64,000 bases of DNA from assembly GCA_963668695.2 (NCBI GenBank), contig CAXXLQ010000004.1:1216001-1280000 (forward strand), in the 5' to 3' direction. The DNA comes from Vicinamibacteria bacterium (GTDB taxonomy: Bacteria > Acidobacteriota > Vicinamibacteria > Marinacidobacterales > Marinacidobacteraceae). A program made the translations under genes and the position numbers. Of this stretch, positions 29,742-38,863 are shown one piece after another (position 1 is the first letter of the stretch; each line of letters begins with the position of its first letter). The notes under the pieces were generated by a model, which made no database searches, had not been told where the DNA came from, and saw only the letters and a list, made by a program, of their open reading frames with translations.

Positions 29742-31214
29742 ATGTCTGCACTCTTTTTCTACCGTTCCGGTCCCCGCGGACGCTCCGCGGCCCGCAAGGC
29801 TTCAAGGTTCCTCGGGATCTTCCTGCTGTTTCTGCTCCCGGTGTCTGCCGCCGGGCAGTCAGCCGACGAACTTCAGGAAAACGCCCGGCAGTTCGTCCAG
29901 TACGACGATTCGGTCATCGCGATCACCGGGGTCCAGGTGGTGGACGGGACCGGCGCGGCTCCCCGCTCCGGCCAGACGGTCGTCATCGCGGACCGCCGCA
30001 TCCAGAGCGTAGGCCCGGACGGCGAAGTCGAGATCCCCGAAGGCGCCCGCCGGATCGACGGTTCCCGGCACACCGTGATCCCGGGCCTCATCGGCGTCCA
30101 CAACCACACCTTCTACACAACCGCGGCGCGTCACTCGCAGATGAACACCACCTCGCCGCGGCTCTATCTCGCCGCCGGGGTGACCACCATCCGCACTACC
30201 GGCAGTTACTCCCCGTACAGCGAGATCAACATGCGCCGCGCCATCGAGGCCGGCGAGATCGTCGGGCCCCGGATGCACATCACCGGCCCGTACATCTCGG
30301 GCTCCGGCGCCGCCCCCTACATGACCCAGGTTTCCAGTGCGGAAGACGCCCGCCGGGTGGTGGCCTACTGGGCCGAAGAGGGCGCGACCTGGTTCAAGGC
30401 CTACACCCGGATCTCACGGGCGGAGCTGGGAGCGGCCATCGACGAAGCCCATCGTCACGGCCTCCGCTTCACCGCGCACCTCTGCTCGGTGACTTTCCGG
30501 GAGGCGGTGGATCTCGGGATCGACTCGCTGGAGCACGGGTTCTTCACGAACACCGAGTACCACCAGGACAAAAAGCCCGACGAGTGCCCGCCGGATTTCC
30601 GGAGCACGCTGCGGGAGGTCGACATCGACTCCGACGAGGTGAATGCCACGATCGATCACATGGTGGGCAACGAGGTCGCGCTGACCTCGACGCTCGCCGT
30701 CTATGAACTGTCCGTGCCGGGTCGTCCTCCCCTTGAGGATCGGAACCTGGAAGCGCTCTCGCCCGGCGCCCGCAACGAGTACCTCGCCCGCCGTGAGGAA
30801 ATCGCGACGGCCCAGGACGCTGTCTTCACGGAGCTCTTCCCGAAGGCGCAGGCCTTCGAATACCGCTTCTTCAAGGCGGGCGGCCTCCTCGCCTCCGGCG
30901 TGGACCCCACCGGCAACGGCGGCGCGCTTCCCGGCTTCGGCGACCAGCGGAACTACGAACTGCTGCTCGAAGCGGAGTTCACTCCGTCCGAAGCGCTCCA
31001 GGTGATGAGCCTGAACGGCGCCCGGGTGCTCGGCGTGGATGACGACCTCGGAAGCATCGAAGCCGGCAAGCTCGCGGACCTCATCCTGATCGATGGCGAT
31101 CCCGTGACCGATCCGTTCCAGATCCGGAACGTGGTGACCGTCTTCAAGGACGGTGTCGGCTACGACTCGCTCAAGCTCATCGCGTCGGTCAAGGGGTTGG
31201 TCGGCCTGGAGTAA
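29742..31214 (+). CDS. Exported amidohydrolase family protein
   Basis: PGLIGVHNH, GVTTIRT, TAHLC, LEHG, GSIEAGKLADL. Confidence 0.9.
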   Translation: MSALFFYRSGPRGRSAARKASRFLGIFLLFLLPVSAAGQSADELQENARQFVQYDDSVIAITGVQVVDGTGAAPRSGQTVVIADRRIQSVGPDGEVEIPEGARRIDGSRHTVIPGLIGVHNHTFYTTAARHSQMNTTSPRLYLAAGVTTIRTTGSYSPYSEINMRRAIEAGEIVGPRMHITGPYISGSGAAPYMTQVSSAEDARRVVAYWAEEGATWFKAYTRISRAELGAAIDEAHRHGLRFTAHLCSVTFREAVDLGIDSLEHGFFTNTEYHQDKKPDECPPDFRSTLREVDIDSDEVNATIDHMVGNEVALTSTLAVYELSVPGRPPLEDRNLEALSPGARNEYLARREEIATAQDAVFTELFPKAQAFEYRFFKAGGLLASGVDPTGNGGALPGFGDQRNYELLLEAEFTPSEALQVMSLNGARVLGVDDDLGSIEAGKLADLILIDGDPVTDPFQIRNVVTVFKDGVGYDSLKLIASVKGLVGLE

Positions 31215-31220
31215 CGCGTA

Positions 31221-31330
31221 GGGACCGCCGGTCTTCAGACCGGCACCGCTCCCCGACAGGGGAGCGGACCCGCGCATCGCTGAGAACGAAGAAGCGCGGG
31301 GACGGCGGGAGCGCCGGTGTTCACACCGGC
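31221..31330. repeat. Two REP-like family-B palindromes
   Basis: GGGACCGCCGGTCTTCAGACCGGC and GGGAGCGCCGGTGTTCACACCGGC between convergent genes. Confidence 0.75.
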
Positions 31331-31394
31331 ATCGCGGCCCGGTAGGGCCGGGAAACGCGCTCATCCGATCGTCTTCGTGGCACAGAAATGGGTG

Positions 31395-32363
31395 TCAGTG
31401 CTCTCCTTCTTCCAGATCGTCTGCATTCAGGTTCCTGATGCGAGGCGAAAAAATGGCATGCATAGCGTTGATTTTCGTCGCAAGCCATTCGTGCTGTCGG
31501 GGCCAATCGGATTCGTCTTCCGGATCCACGTTCTCAAGATACGCCGTGATGCGGCACTGTTTGCCCATCTCGCGCCACTCGAACGGACAACCGACACCCT
31601 CTTCGATCGCATCTCGCTGCTGCTTTAGCAGGCCGAGAAAGAGTTTTGCTTTGTCGCCCGAGAGGTAGAGAGAGACCTGAATGCGTCTCTTTTGGAAAGT
31701 CGTTGCGGTATCTAGCGTGAAACCGTCCCTTCCGACGCTGTAGCTCATCCAACTCTCTGGCTGTGGTTTTCGATTGCCCGAAACCGGTCCTCCCGCAGCA
31801 TTGAGAACTTCATGGAATTTGGTCCAGTATCTGACTTGGGTCACTTTCCGGTCTGAAAGGTTCTCACTTCTTCGTTTGATGGCGCGTGACCATTCGTTCG
31901 GTTTTGAAACCACATGCAACCGCGCTGCTGGAAGCGAGTCTCCGATTCGGCACACCTCCACCTCTAGTCCGAAGAAACGAAACCGGCCATCGGTGATTTC
32001 GTTCAGCCAATCGAGTGCCGCGCGATGTTCGTCGGCAAAACGCGCGGCCACCCAGATCACGGTCACAGCCTGCAGACCTGCCGCGTAGGTCAGCAATTGC
32101 CCGAGGTGGAGGTGGTCCGTTCGCTCCAGTTGGTTTTCGATCAGAACCCAGGTGTTTGTGCCGAGGTCCTTACACAGGATGTCGGCACGGAACGGGCCAA
32201 CTTCCTTTTCCTCCGCCTCGACTTCCAGTTGCATTCCGAGGGCCTCTTCGAGGACGGCGAGATTCTCCGGGCGGGCGAGCCAGGGCGTGAAATCAGCCGA
32301 TTCGCTGTTCCAGATCTCCCGTAGCTCGACGCGCTTCAGGCGGCCGAGCGACTGCGTGTTCAT
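31395..32363 (-). CDS. DUF4268 domain protein with N-terminal PD-(D/E)XK-like domain
   Basis: E..DFTPWL, ADIL, IENQL..TDH.HLGQLLTYAAG; visibly lower GC than neighbours. Confidence 0.85.
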   Translation of the reverse strand: MNTQSLGRLKRVELREIWNSESADFTPWLARPENLAVLEEALGMQLEVEAEEKEVGPFRADILCKDLGTNTWVLIENQLERTDHLHLGQLLTYAAGLQAVTVIWVAARFADEHRAALDWLNEITDGRFRFFGLEVEVCRIGDSLPAARLHVVSKPNEWSRAIKRRSENLSDRKVTQVRYWTKFHEVLNAAGGPVSGNRKPQPESWMSYSVGRDGFTLDTATTFQKRRIQVSLYLSGDKAKLFLGLLKQQRDAIEEGVGCPFEWREMGKQCRITAYLENVDPEDESDWPRQHEWLATKINAMHAIFSPRIRNLNADDLEEGEH

Positions 32364-32500
32364 CTGATCACCTCCTGCCGACCGTTCAGGATCGGGGTGG
32401 GCGGATTCTTCCAGACGCGGGGTGCCCTGCGGGGAGAAGTGGACTTCCGCGATCCGCGGCCGTCGCGATTCTGTTTGTTCGCCCCTACGTGCTGGACGAT

Positions 32501-32524
32501 GCCGGCCTGAAGGCCGGCGGTCCC
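32501..32524. repeat. REP-like family-B palindrome
   Basis: GCCGGCCTGAAGGCCGGCGGTCCC. Confidence 0.65.
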
Positions 32525-32564
32525 TACCGGCCGGCGCCGTCTTGTGAATCGGGGTCTGCGCGGA

Positions 32565-34610
32565 TCAGCGGTCGGGGCCGGAGCGGTAGAGGCGGCGGAT
32601 CGCCTCCTCCAGCACCCCCGGGAAGGATGCGTCGCCGATAGCCTGGAGTGCGGCGAGCGATCCCTCCCGGTCCCCTTTCGCCTCCGCCACCATCGCGAGG
32701 TTGTACCGGACCGCCGCCATCTCGAGCGGCGAGCCGGGCCCGATGGCTTCGGCCGCGCGGATGAACGCCGCTTCCGCGGCTTCCAGTTCGCCGGCAGCGA
32801 AAGCGGTCAGCCCTTCCGTCAGCGCGCTCACTTCGGCGGCCTCCGGTCCACCGTCCACCCGTAGCAGATAGCTGGGGTCACTCGCCTCGCTTCCGGTGAC
32901 GAGCTGGCTCCGGGAAATCACCACCGCCCCCCGATCGACTTCGGCGGCGCAGTCCTCCTGCAGCAGGCCGGCGGGCGGGCCCCAAGCCAAACACGGTCCC
33001 TCATCCGGCTGCTCCCGAAGGAACACCAGCCCCTCCTCCCGTGCGGTAACGCTCACCGGGCGTCCGGGCACGATTTCGAGCACTCGCAGCTCCCCCGGAT
33101 CTCCCGGCCGGACCACGGCGGACAGCACGAGGGGAGATCCGTCGGCTGCTTCGTAGTCCCTTTGCACGACGAAGAAACCCTCGGCGCTGGCTACCCGGAC
33201 CCGGCCGCCCGGAATGGCCCGCACCACGTCTGCGTCCACCTCTTGCGCCGCCTGGAGGAGACGTTCCCCGAAGCGGGGCACGATGCGCGTCAGCAGGGCG
33301 AGCCTCGCCGCATCCCCGGCCTCGAGCTCCGCGGCGGTGCGGAGCAGCGAGGTGCCTCGGGCCGCTGGATCATTCGACGCGCGCAGGACGGCGCGAACGG
33401 CGTTCAGCAGGCGTTCCTCAATGTCTCTCACCGGCTCGGGACCGGCTTCGAGGCGGCGGAGAATCTCGATCATGTCCTCCGGGTCGTCCGGAACATCAAC
33501 CAGCGAGGCGTCCCCGCCCTCGACCGGAGAGTCGTCGAGAAACCGGAATAGGGCGTTCAGGGTGCGGCGGACCGAAGCGCCGGGATCGAGGGAAATGCGC
33601 CACACGGAGAGCCCGGCCCGCGCCGCCAGCCAGAGGGTTTCGGCGTTATCGCCCTCGGGTCGGAAGGCGACCGTGTCCCGCCGGACCACATGGCCGATGG
33701 GGCGGGGCCGGAGCGCAGACCTCGCCGATGCCGTCTGCGGTTCCGGCTGGAACAGACCGGTGCCGGTGAGTTCTGCGATTCGCATGAGGATCGCGAGGTC
33801 CGTGTCCGGGACCGCCGCGATCAGGTCCACCCCCTGGCCCCGGAGCGCGGTCTGCAGTTCGTCGATGACCTCGCCGCACCGGGGGCAGCCCTCCTCCGGG
33901 AAATAGAGAAGAAGGGAACGGCCTTCGGAGTAGGAGCGCTCGCTCGACCAGACGCCTCCTTCCACGGCCAGCGTGAGGTCCGGGAAGGGGGCTTCATAGG
34001 GTGATGTGCCTTCCGGCGGTCTCCTCCGCGACGTTTCGGGAGCCCGAAACCGGAAGCGGTCCAGCGCGGCGGCAAGACCGTTCTCGGTGCGGAACGCGCC
34101 GGTTTCGCGCAGGAGTTCCAGGGCTTCCCGATCCGACCCTCCCGAGCGCGCCCAGGAGCGAAGGAGCGCATCGACTCGCTCGGCGAGAGGCATCCCCGGA
34201 AGATCGGCGAGACGGCGCCAAGTCTCCGGCCGCGGATCGAGCGCGACAGCGCGCCGATACTCCCGTGCCGCTCCCTCCGCATCACCGGTGGCGGCGAGCG
34301 CGTCACCCAGCGTTGCCCGGTAGGCCGCCCGCCGCAGGCGGTACACCGCGTTGGCCGCGCCGGTGAACTCGTCCAGAACGATGCGCCCTTCGGGTACCTC
34401 CTGGCTCCATTCCGGGGGGGAGAAGTTGTCGGAGCGCGTGACCGCATCGAACGCGCTCTCGACGGCCCCGTCGCCATCGCCGGCGTCCAGCAGGCGCCGC
34501 GCCTCCGTGTGTTCGGCGGAACCGGGCGGCTGCGCCCAGGCGCTGGAGGTCGCCGTGACGCCGAGAACGAGGGCAGCCAGAAGTGCCCCGCCCCGCGAGC
34601 GGCGGATCAA
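32565..34610 (-). CDS. Exported TPR protein with thioredoxin-like CxxC domain
   Basis: TTG start overlaps the upstream stop (TTGA); signal peptide; TPR-like helices at both ends; LLYFPEEGCPRC. Confidence 0.65.
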   Translation of the reverse strand: MIRRSRGGALLAALVLGVTATSSAWAQPPGSAEHTEARRLLDAGDGDGAVESAFDAVTRSDNFSPPEWSQEVPEGRIVLDEFTGAANAVYRLRRAAYRATLGDALAATGDAEGAAREYRRAVALDPRPETWRRLADLPGMPLAERVDALLRSWARSGGSDREALELLRETGAFRTENGLAAALDRFRFRAPETSRRRPPEGTSPYEAPFPDLTLAVEGGVWSSERSYSEGRSLLLYFPEEGCPRCGEVIDELQTALRGQGVDLIAAVPDTDLAILMRIAELTGTGLFQPEPQTASARSALRPRPIGHVVRRDTVAFRPEGDNAETLWLAARAGLSVWRISLDPGASVRRTLNALFRFLDDSPVEGGDASLVDVPDDPEDMIEILRRLEAGPEPVRDIEERLLNAVRAVLRASNDPAARGTSLLRTAAELEAGDAARLALLTRIVPRFGERLLQAAQEVDADVVRAIPGGRVRVASAEGFFVVQRDYEAADGSPLVLSAVVRPGDPGELRVLEIVPGRPVSVTAREEGLVFLREQPDEGPCLAWGPPAGLLQEDCAAEVDRGAVVISRSQLVTGSEASDPSYLLRVDGGPEAAEVSALTEGLTAFAAGELEAAEAAFIRAAEAIGPGSPLEMAAVRYNLAMVAEAKGDREGSLAALQAIGDASFPGVLEEAIRRLYRSGPDR

Positions 34611-35782
34611 CGGAGTCGACGGAGCCGTTCGACCGCCTCGACGAGAGTCTCCCGGTTCTTGCAGAAGGTGAAACGGATCCGTTGGCTGCCTGCGGCCGGA
34701 TCGGCGTAGAAGCTGGATCCCGGTACGGCCGCTACCCCTACGGTCTTTACGAGGTGCTGCGCGAAGGCCACATCGTCCGGGAAACCGAAATCGGAGATGT
34801 CGGTCATCACGTAATACGCCCCGCCGGGCTCGAAACAGCGAAAGCCGACCTCGGTGAGCCCGGAAACCAGCAGGTCGCGCCGTTCTTCGTATCCCTTCCG
34901 CAGTTCCTCGTAGTAGCTCTCGGGGAGCTTCAGGGCCGCCGCCCCCGCCTCCTGCAAGGGAGCGGCCGCGCCCACCGTCAGAAAGTCGTGGACCTTGCGG
35001 ATGGCGGCGGTCAACTCCTCGCTCGCCACCGTCCAGCCGACCCTCCACCCAGTCACCGAGTAGGACTTGGAGAGGCCGCTGATGGTCACGGTGCGGTCCG
35101 CCATCCCGGGCAGGGTCGCGATCGGGATGTGCCGGGCGCCGTCGTAGGTGATGAACTCGTAGATCTCGTCGGTGAAGGCGATGAGGTCGTGCTCGATGCA
35201 GAGCGCCGCGATCCGCGACAGTTCCTGCTTGCTGAACACCTTGCCGCTTGGGTTCTGCGGCGAGTTCACGATGATCGCCCGGGTGCGGTCGGTGACGGCG
35301 GCCCGCAGGGCATCTTCGTCAATCGTCCAGTCGGGTTCCTGGAGGCGCACGTAGCGGGGCACTGCTCCCGACAGGATGGTGTCCGGCCCGTAGTTCTCGT
35401 AAAACGGCTCGAAGACGATGACTTCTTCGCCGGGGTCCACGACCGCCAGCATCGTGGCGATCATCGCTTCCGTAGAGCCGCAGGCCACCGTGAGGTGGCG
35501 TTCCGGGTCCACGTCCATCCCGTAGAGCTCCTGGTAGCGCTCCGCGAGCGCGTTGCGCAGCGACTTCGCGCCCCAGGTAATCGCGTACTGGTTGATGTCC
35601 CGGCGGATGGCCTCGACCGCCGCTTCCTTGATCTCGGCGGGCGCCGGGAAATCGGGGAACCCCTGGGCGAGGTTCACGCCGCCGTACCGCATGGAGAGCC
35701 GGGTCATCTCACGGATGACCGACTCGGTGAAGAGAGCCGCCTTTTTGCTCCCGCGGCGTCGGACTGCCAGGGTCTCGCTCAT
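34607..35782 (-). CDS. PLP-dependent class I/II aminotransferase (YbdL-like)
   Basis: NLAQGFPDF, NSPQNPSG, DEIY, SKSYSVTGWRVG. Confidence 0.93.
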   Translation of the reverse strand: MSETLAVRRRGSKKAALFTESVIREMTRLSMRYGGVNLAQGFPDFPAPAEIKEAAVEAIRRDINQYAITWGAKSLRNALAERYQELYGMDVDPERHLTVACGSTEAMIATMLAVVDPGEEVIVFEPFYENYGPDTILSGAVPRYVRLQEPDWTIDEDALRAAVTDRTRAIIVNSPQNPSGKVFSKQELSRIAALCIEHDLIAFTDEIYEFITYDGARHIPIATLPGMADRTVTISGLSKSYSVTGWRVGWTVASEELTAAIRKVHDFLTVGAAAPLQEAGAAALKLPESYYEELRKGYEERRDLLVSGLTEVGFRCFEPGGAYYVMTDISDFGFPDDVAFAQHLVKTVGVAAVPGSSFYADPAAGSQRIRFTFCKNRETLVEAVERLRRLR

Positions 35783-38082
35783 TCACCGCCCGCTTTCTTC
35801 GCCTTGCCCAGTTCCGGATACAGCCGGCGATAGATCATCTCGTTTCGCAGGATGAGCTTCACGTAGTTCCGCGTTTCGGTGAAGGGGATCTCCTCGATGA
35901 ACACCTCCGCCGGGATCGCCATGTTCATGTCGGTCCAGTCCTTCACGCGATGCGGGCCGGCGTTGTATCCGGCGAGCGCCAGTTCCGGCCGGCTCGCAAA
36001 CTGCTCGAGGAGCTGATGGAGATAGCGGGTCCCGAAACGGATGCTCACTCCCGGGTCGTAGAGCCGCGAAGTCCGGTAGCTCACGCCTTCGAGCCGGGCG
36101 AGAGCCCGTCCGGTGGCCGGCATCACCTGCATCAGTCCGCGCGCTCCGACCGGTGACCGGGTCCGCGGGACGAACACAGATTCCTGCCGGATGAGCGACG
36201 CGACCAGGTAGGGGTTGAGCTCCCATTTGTCGGAGCGCTCCTGAATCCGGTCTTCGAAGCGCAACGGATAGAGGAGCCGCCACCAGGCATCGGGCAGCGC
36301 CTCTCCGGCTGCGGAGGTGTGGAACGGCGCGGCGCGCCGGAGCGTCTGGATCGCGCGAACGTGTTTGTTGTCGTCCGCGAGCAGCCAGCCGCGGATCGCT
36401 TCGAACGCCGGGTCGTCGGGGAGTCCACGCCGGGAAGCGGCGCCGGCCGCCTCCAGGGCGCGCTCGCCGAACCCCGCGGCGTAGAGCTCCTCGATCCGCG
36501 CAGCCTCTGCCGTGCGCTGGACCTGGAACCGCTCGAGGAGCCGGTGGGGCTCGCTCAGCGGGCTCGCGAGTGCTTCCCCCCGGCCCATCTCCTCGAGGCG
36601 TTCCGCGGCCATCCTCCCGTAGAACGAGTTCTGATACCCGATGAATACCTCCCGGTAGAGCCGGGCGGCGCCCTCCGGGTCTCCGGTTCTGTCCAGCGAG
36701 CGTCCGGCGAAGTACAGGAATTGACCGGCCATGAACTCGCCCGGGTTTTCGCGCGCCGCGCGCTCGAACTCCTCGGCCGTTCCGCCCAGATTCTCATTGC
36801 GGTACCGGTCCCAGAGCACGTGCCAGCGCGCGAAGAGTCCGTGCTGGCCGTTCGGATAGGCCTCCGCGAGCCGGGTGAGGTATGGCAGGGCGGCTTCCCG
36901 GTCGTTTCGGGCCAACTGGCTGCGGGCCAAGCTGTAGAGCGCCCGCTCGCCGAACTCGTGATCCTGTTCGAGCGCCAGCAGTTCTTCGAGAACCCGTTTC
37001 TGGGTGGTCCGGCGTTCGAGCCGCCGGAGCGACTCCCCGCGGTAGTAGAGGGCCGCCGGCCGGAGGTCTTCGCGCTTTATCCGGGCCAGCGTGCGGAGCG
37101 AGGCGCTCAGCCGGCCTCGGTGAAACTCCTGAATCCCGATCCGGAGCTGAACCAGTTCTCGATCGCCCGCCTTGGCGAAGCGCCCGGCGATCTCCCGGTA
37201 GTTTTCGTGGGCCTTCCGGTGGTTCCCCGCCCGGGCAAAACCCTCGGCCCGCCGCATGGCCCTCGGATACTTCTCGGCAGCGGAGGGTGATTTGACGTCC
37301 CGGCGCTTGTAGAGCCGGGACAGTTGCCGGCCGGCCGGGAGCGACTCCTTGTGGGTCGCCATGTCGTAGTAGAGGGTCTCCAGCCGCCGGGCGGCTTCCT
37401 CCCGGCGGCTGAGCCGTTCCAAAACGGCCGCGGTAGCGGCCAGCGCTTCTCCCCGGAGCTTGAAGGAAGCTTCGGCGATTACCACCTCCAGGTGGGTGAG
37501 GGCCTCTTCGCGCTCTTGGGTCCGGCCGAGGACGCGTCCGAACTCGAGGTGCACCTCAAGCTTGCGTGAATACTCCGGAAACTCGTCGAGCACTCGCCGC
37601 AGCGTGGCGATGGCGTCCTTCCGGCGGGAGCCCGGCAGGCTCTTGCCCAGGAGATGTAGGGCGTCGGCCGTCAGTTGGGCCTCCGAGAGTTCGGGTGCGG
37701 TGAGCCGTTTTTCCGCCTCCGACCAGCCTCCACGCCGCAGGGCGTCCGCGCCCAGCCGATAGGAGGCCGCCGCCCGCACCCGGGCGGACATGGCCGGGTC
37801 ATCGGCGATCGCCTGGAGCGCCTTCTGCCGGTCGGTGCGGGATTCGATGGTGGCGGCGCGGCGAACCGCCGCGAGCCCCGGCGGCGGGGTTTCGAGCGAC
37901 TCCCAGGGGATACCGGAGAACGCGCCGGGATCGGCGGCGGGGGCCGCGGGAGGCGGGGCCCCGGGAGTTGGGGTACCGGTCTGCCCCAGCGTGCTCCCCA
38001 ACAGGAGAAGGAAGGACCCGGCTGCGACCCGCGCTCGGCGCCGGGCGCATGGGCGAAGGCAGGCGAGACCGAACTGCACCAT
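35779..38082 (-). CDS. Soluble lytic transglycosylase (Slt70-like, TPR + SLT domain)
   Basis: IRQES, GARGLMQVMP.T, AGYNAGP, IPFTETRNYVK. Confidence 0.92.
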   Translation of the reverse strand: MVQFGLACLRPCARRRARVAAGSFLLLLGSTLGQTGTPTPGAPPPAAPAADPGAFSGIPWESLETPPPGLAAVRRAATIESRTDRQKALQAIADDPAMSARVRAAASYRLGADALRRGGWSEAEKRLTAPELSEAQLTADALHLLGKSLPGSRRKDAIATLRRVLDEFPEYSRKLEVHLEFGRVLGRTQEREEALTHLEVVIAEASFKLRGEALAATAAVLERLSRREEAARRLETLYYDMATHKESLPAGRQLSRLYKRRDVKSPSAAEKYPRAMRRAEGFARAGNHRKAHENYREIAGRFAKAGDRELVQLRIGIQEFHRGRLSASLRTLARIKREDLRPAALYYRGESLRRLERRTTQKRVLEELLALEQDHEFGERALYSLARSQLARNDREAALPYLTRLAEAYPNGQHGLFARWHVLWDRYRNENLGGTAEEFERAARENPGEFMAGQFLYFAGRSLDRTGDPEGAARLYREVFIGYQNSFYGRMAAERLEEMGRGEALASPLSEPHRLLERFQVQRTAEAARIEELYAAGFGERALEAAGAASRRGLPDDPAFEAIRGWLLADDNKHVRAIQTLRRAAPFHTSAAGEALPDAWWRLLYPLRFEDRIQERSDKWELNPYLVASLIRQESVFVPRTRSPVGARGLMQVMPATGRALARLEGVSYRTSRLYDPGVSIRFGTRYLHQLLEQFASRPELALAGYNAGPHRVKDWTDMNMAIPAEVFIEEIPFTETRNYVKLILRNEMIYRRLYPELGKAKKAGGE

Positions 38083-38198
38083 GTAGTAGAATGCTAAACG
38101 ATTCGCGATACGGCGTCTTAGGGTTCGGCCTTATTCGGTCCCTTCAGGATCTGTGGTTGGTTTTCAGCTGCGGACTTGCCGCCTGAATCGCGCCAAGA

Positions 38199-38574
38199 GG
38201 GGGCGCACTGGGTTCGACGAAGGTACATGAAGCAACGATTGCATGTCGGGGGTCCACCTCTCGTAAACGGTGGAAACAAAACAAAAGCCAACACTGAACT
38301 GGCACTGGCTGCTTAAGTAGCCACGTTCTTCCTGACCACGCCTGCCGGGCGGGAAAGGGCGTCGACCTAGGCGGGCTTTGCCGGCGGTCTTCCCGAGCCG
38401 TCGGTGAGCATCAGGGATAGGTTCCGAGCCGCGATTCGCCGGGTTGATGCGGTGCGGGACCGAAAGAGGGAAAGGCGCCTCCGGGCGCGGGTTCCCGCCC
38501 ACAACCCGGATATGCATGTAGACGTCGTTGCAGAAGACTTTCGGACGCGGGTTCGATTCCCGCCGCCTCCACCA
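38199..38574 (+). ncRNA. ssrA: tmRNA, tag ANTELALAA (38287-38316)
   Basis: 5' GGGGGCG..GGTTCGAC pairs with 3' GGTTCGATTCCCGCCGCCTCCACCA, G3:U70 wobble present; tag reading ends LAA-TAA. Confidence 0.95.
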
Positions 38575-38630
38575 TCGCGACAGCGCTACGGCAAAGGGAG
38601 CGCCGCTCGGGAAAGGCAGCGCCCACGGCT

Positions 38631-38821
38631 GGGACCGCCGGTCTTCAGACCGGCACCGCGGTCCGGCGGGCCGGGAAACGCGTATCGCTGATGGGTGTGA
38701 AGCGCGCGCGACAGCGGGTTCTGCGCGTTGGCCCAGTCTATGGGAAGCATCTTCGCGGTTGGCGATGCGCGATCTCGCTGCGCTGCCGCGCAGCGATGCC
38801 GGTCTGGAGACCGGCGGTCCC
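38631..38821. repeat. Inverted pair of family-B REP-like units (REPIN-like)
   Basis: GGGACCGCCGGTCTTCAGACCGGC ... GCCGGTCTGGAGACCGGCGGTCCC. Confidence 0.75.
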
Positions 38822-38863
38822 CTGCCCAACGGCCTCTGCCGACTTTCAGCGCCGCGCCGGACC

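Noticed and set aside
34611-35048. Upstream 146 codons of the 827-aa ORF
   Set aside because: Overlaps the aminotransferase on the same strand; the signal peptide begins after the TTG at 34610.
38550-38640. Island integrated at the tmRNA 3' end
   Set aside because: No integrase and no duplicate of the tmRNA 3' end were seen in the window.
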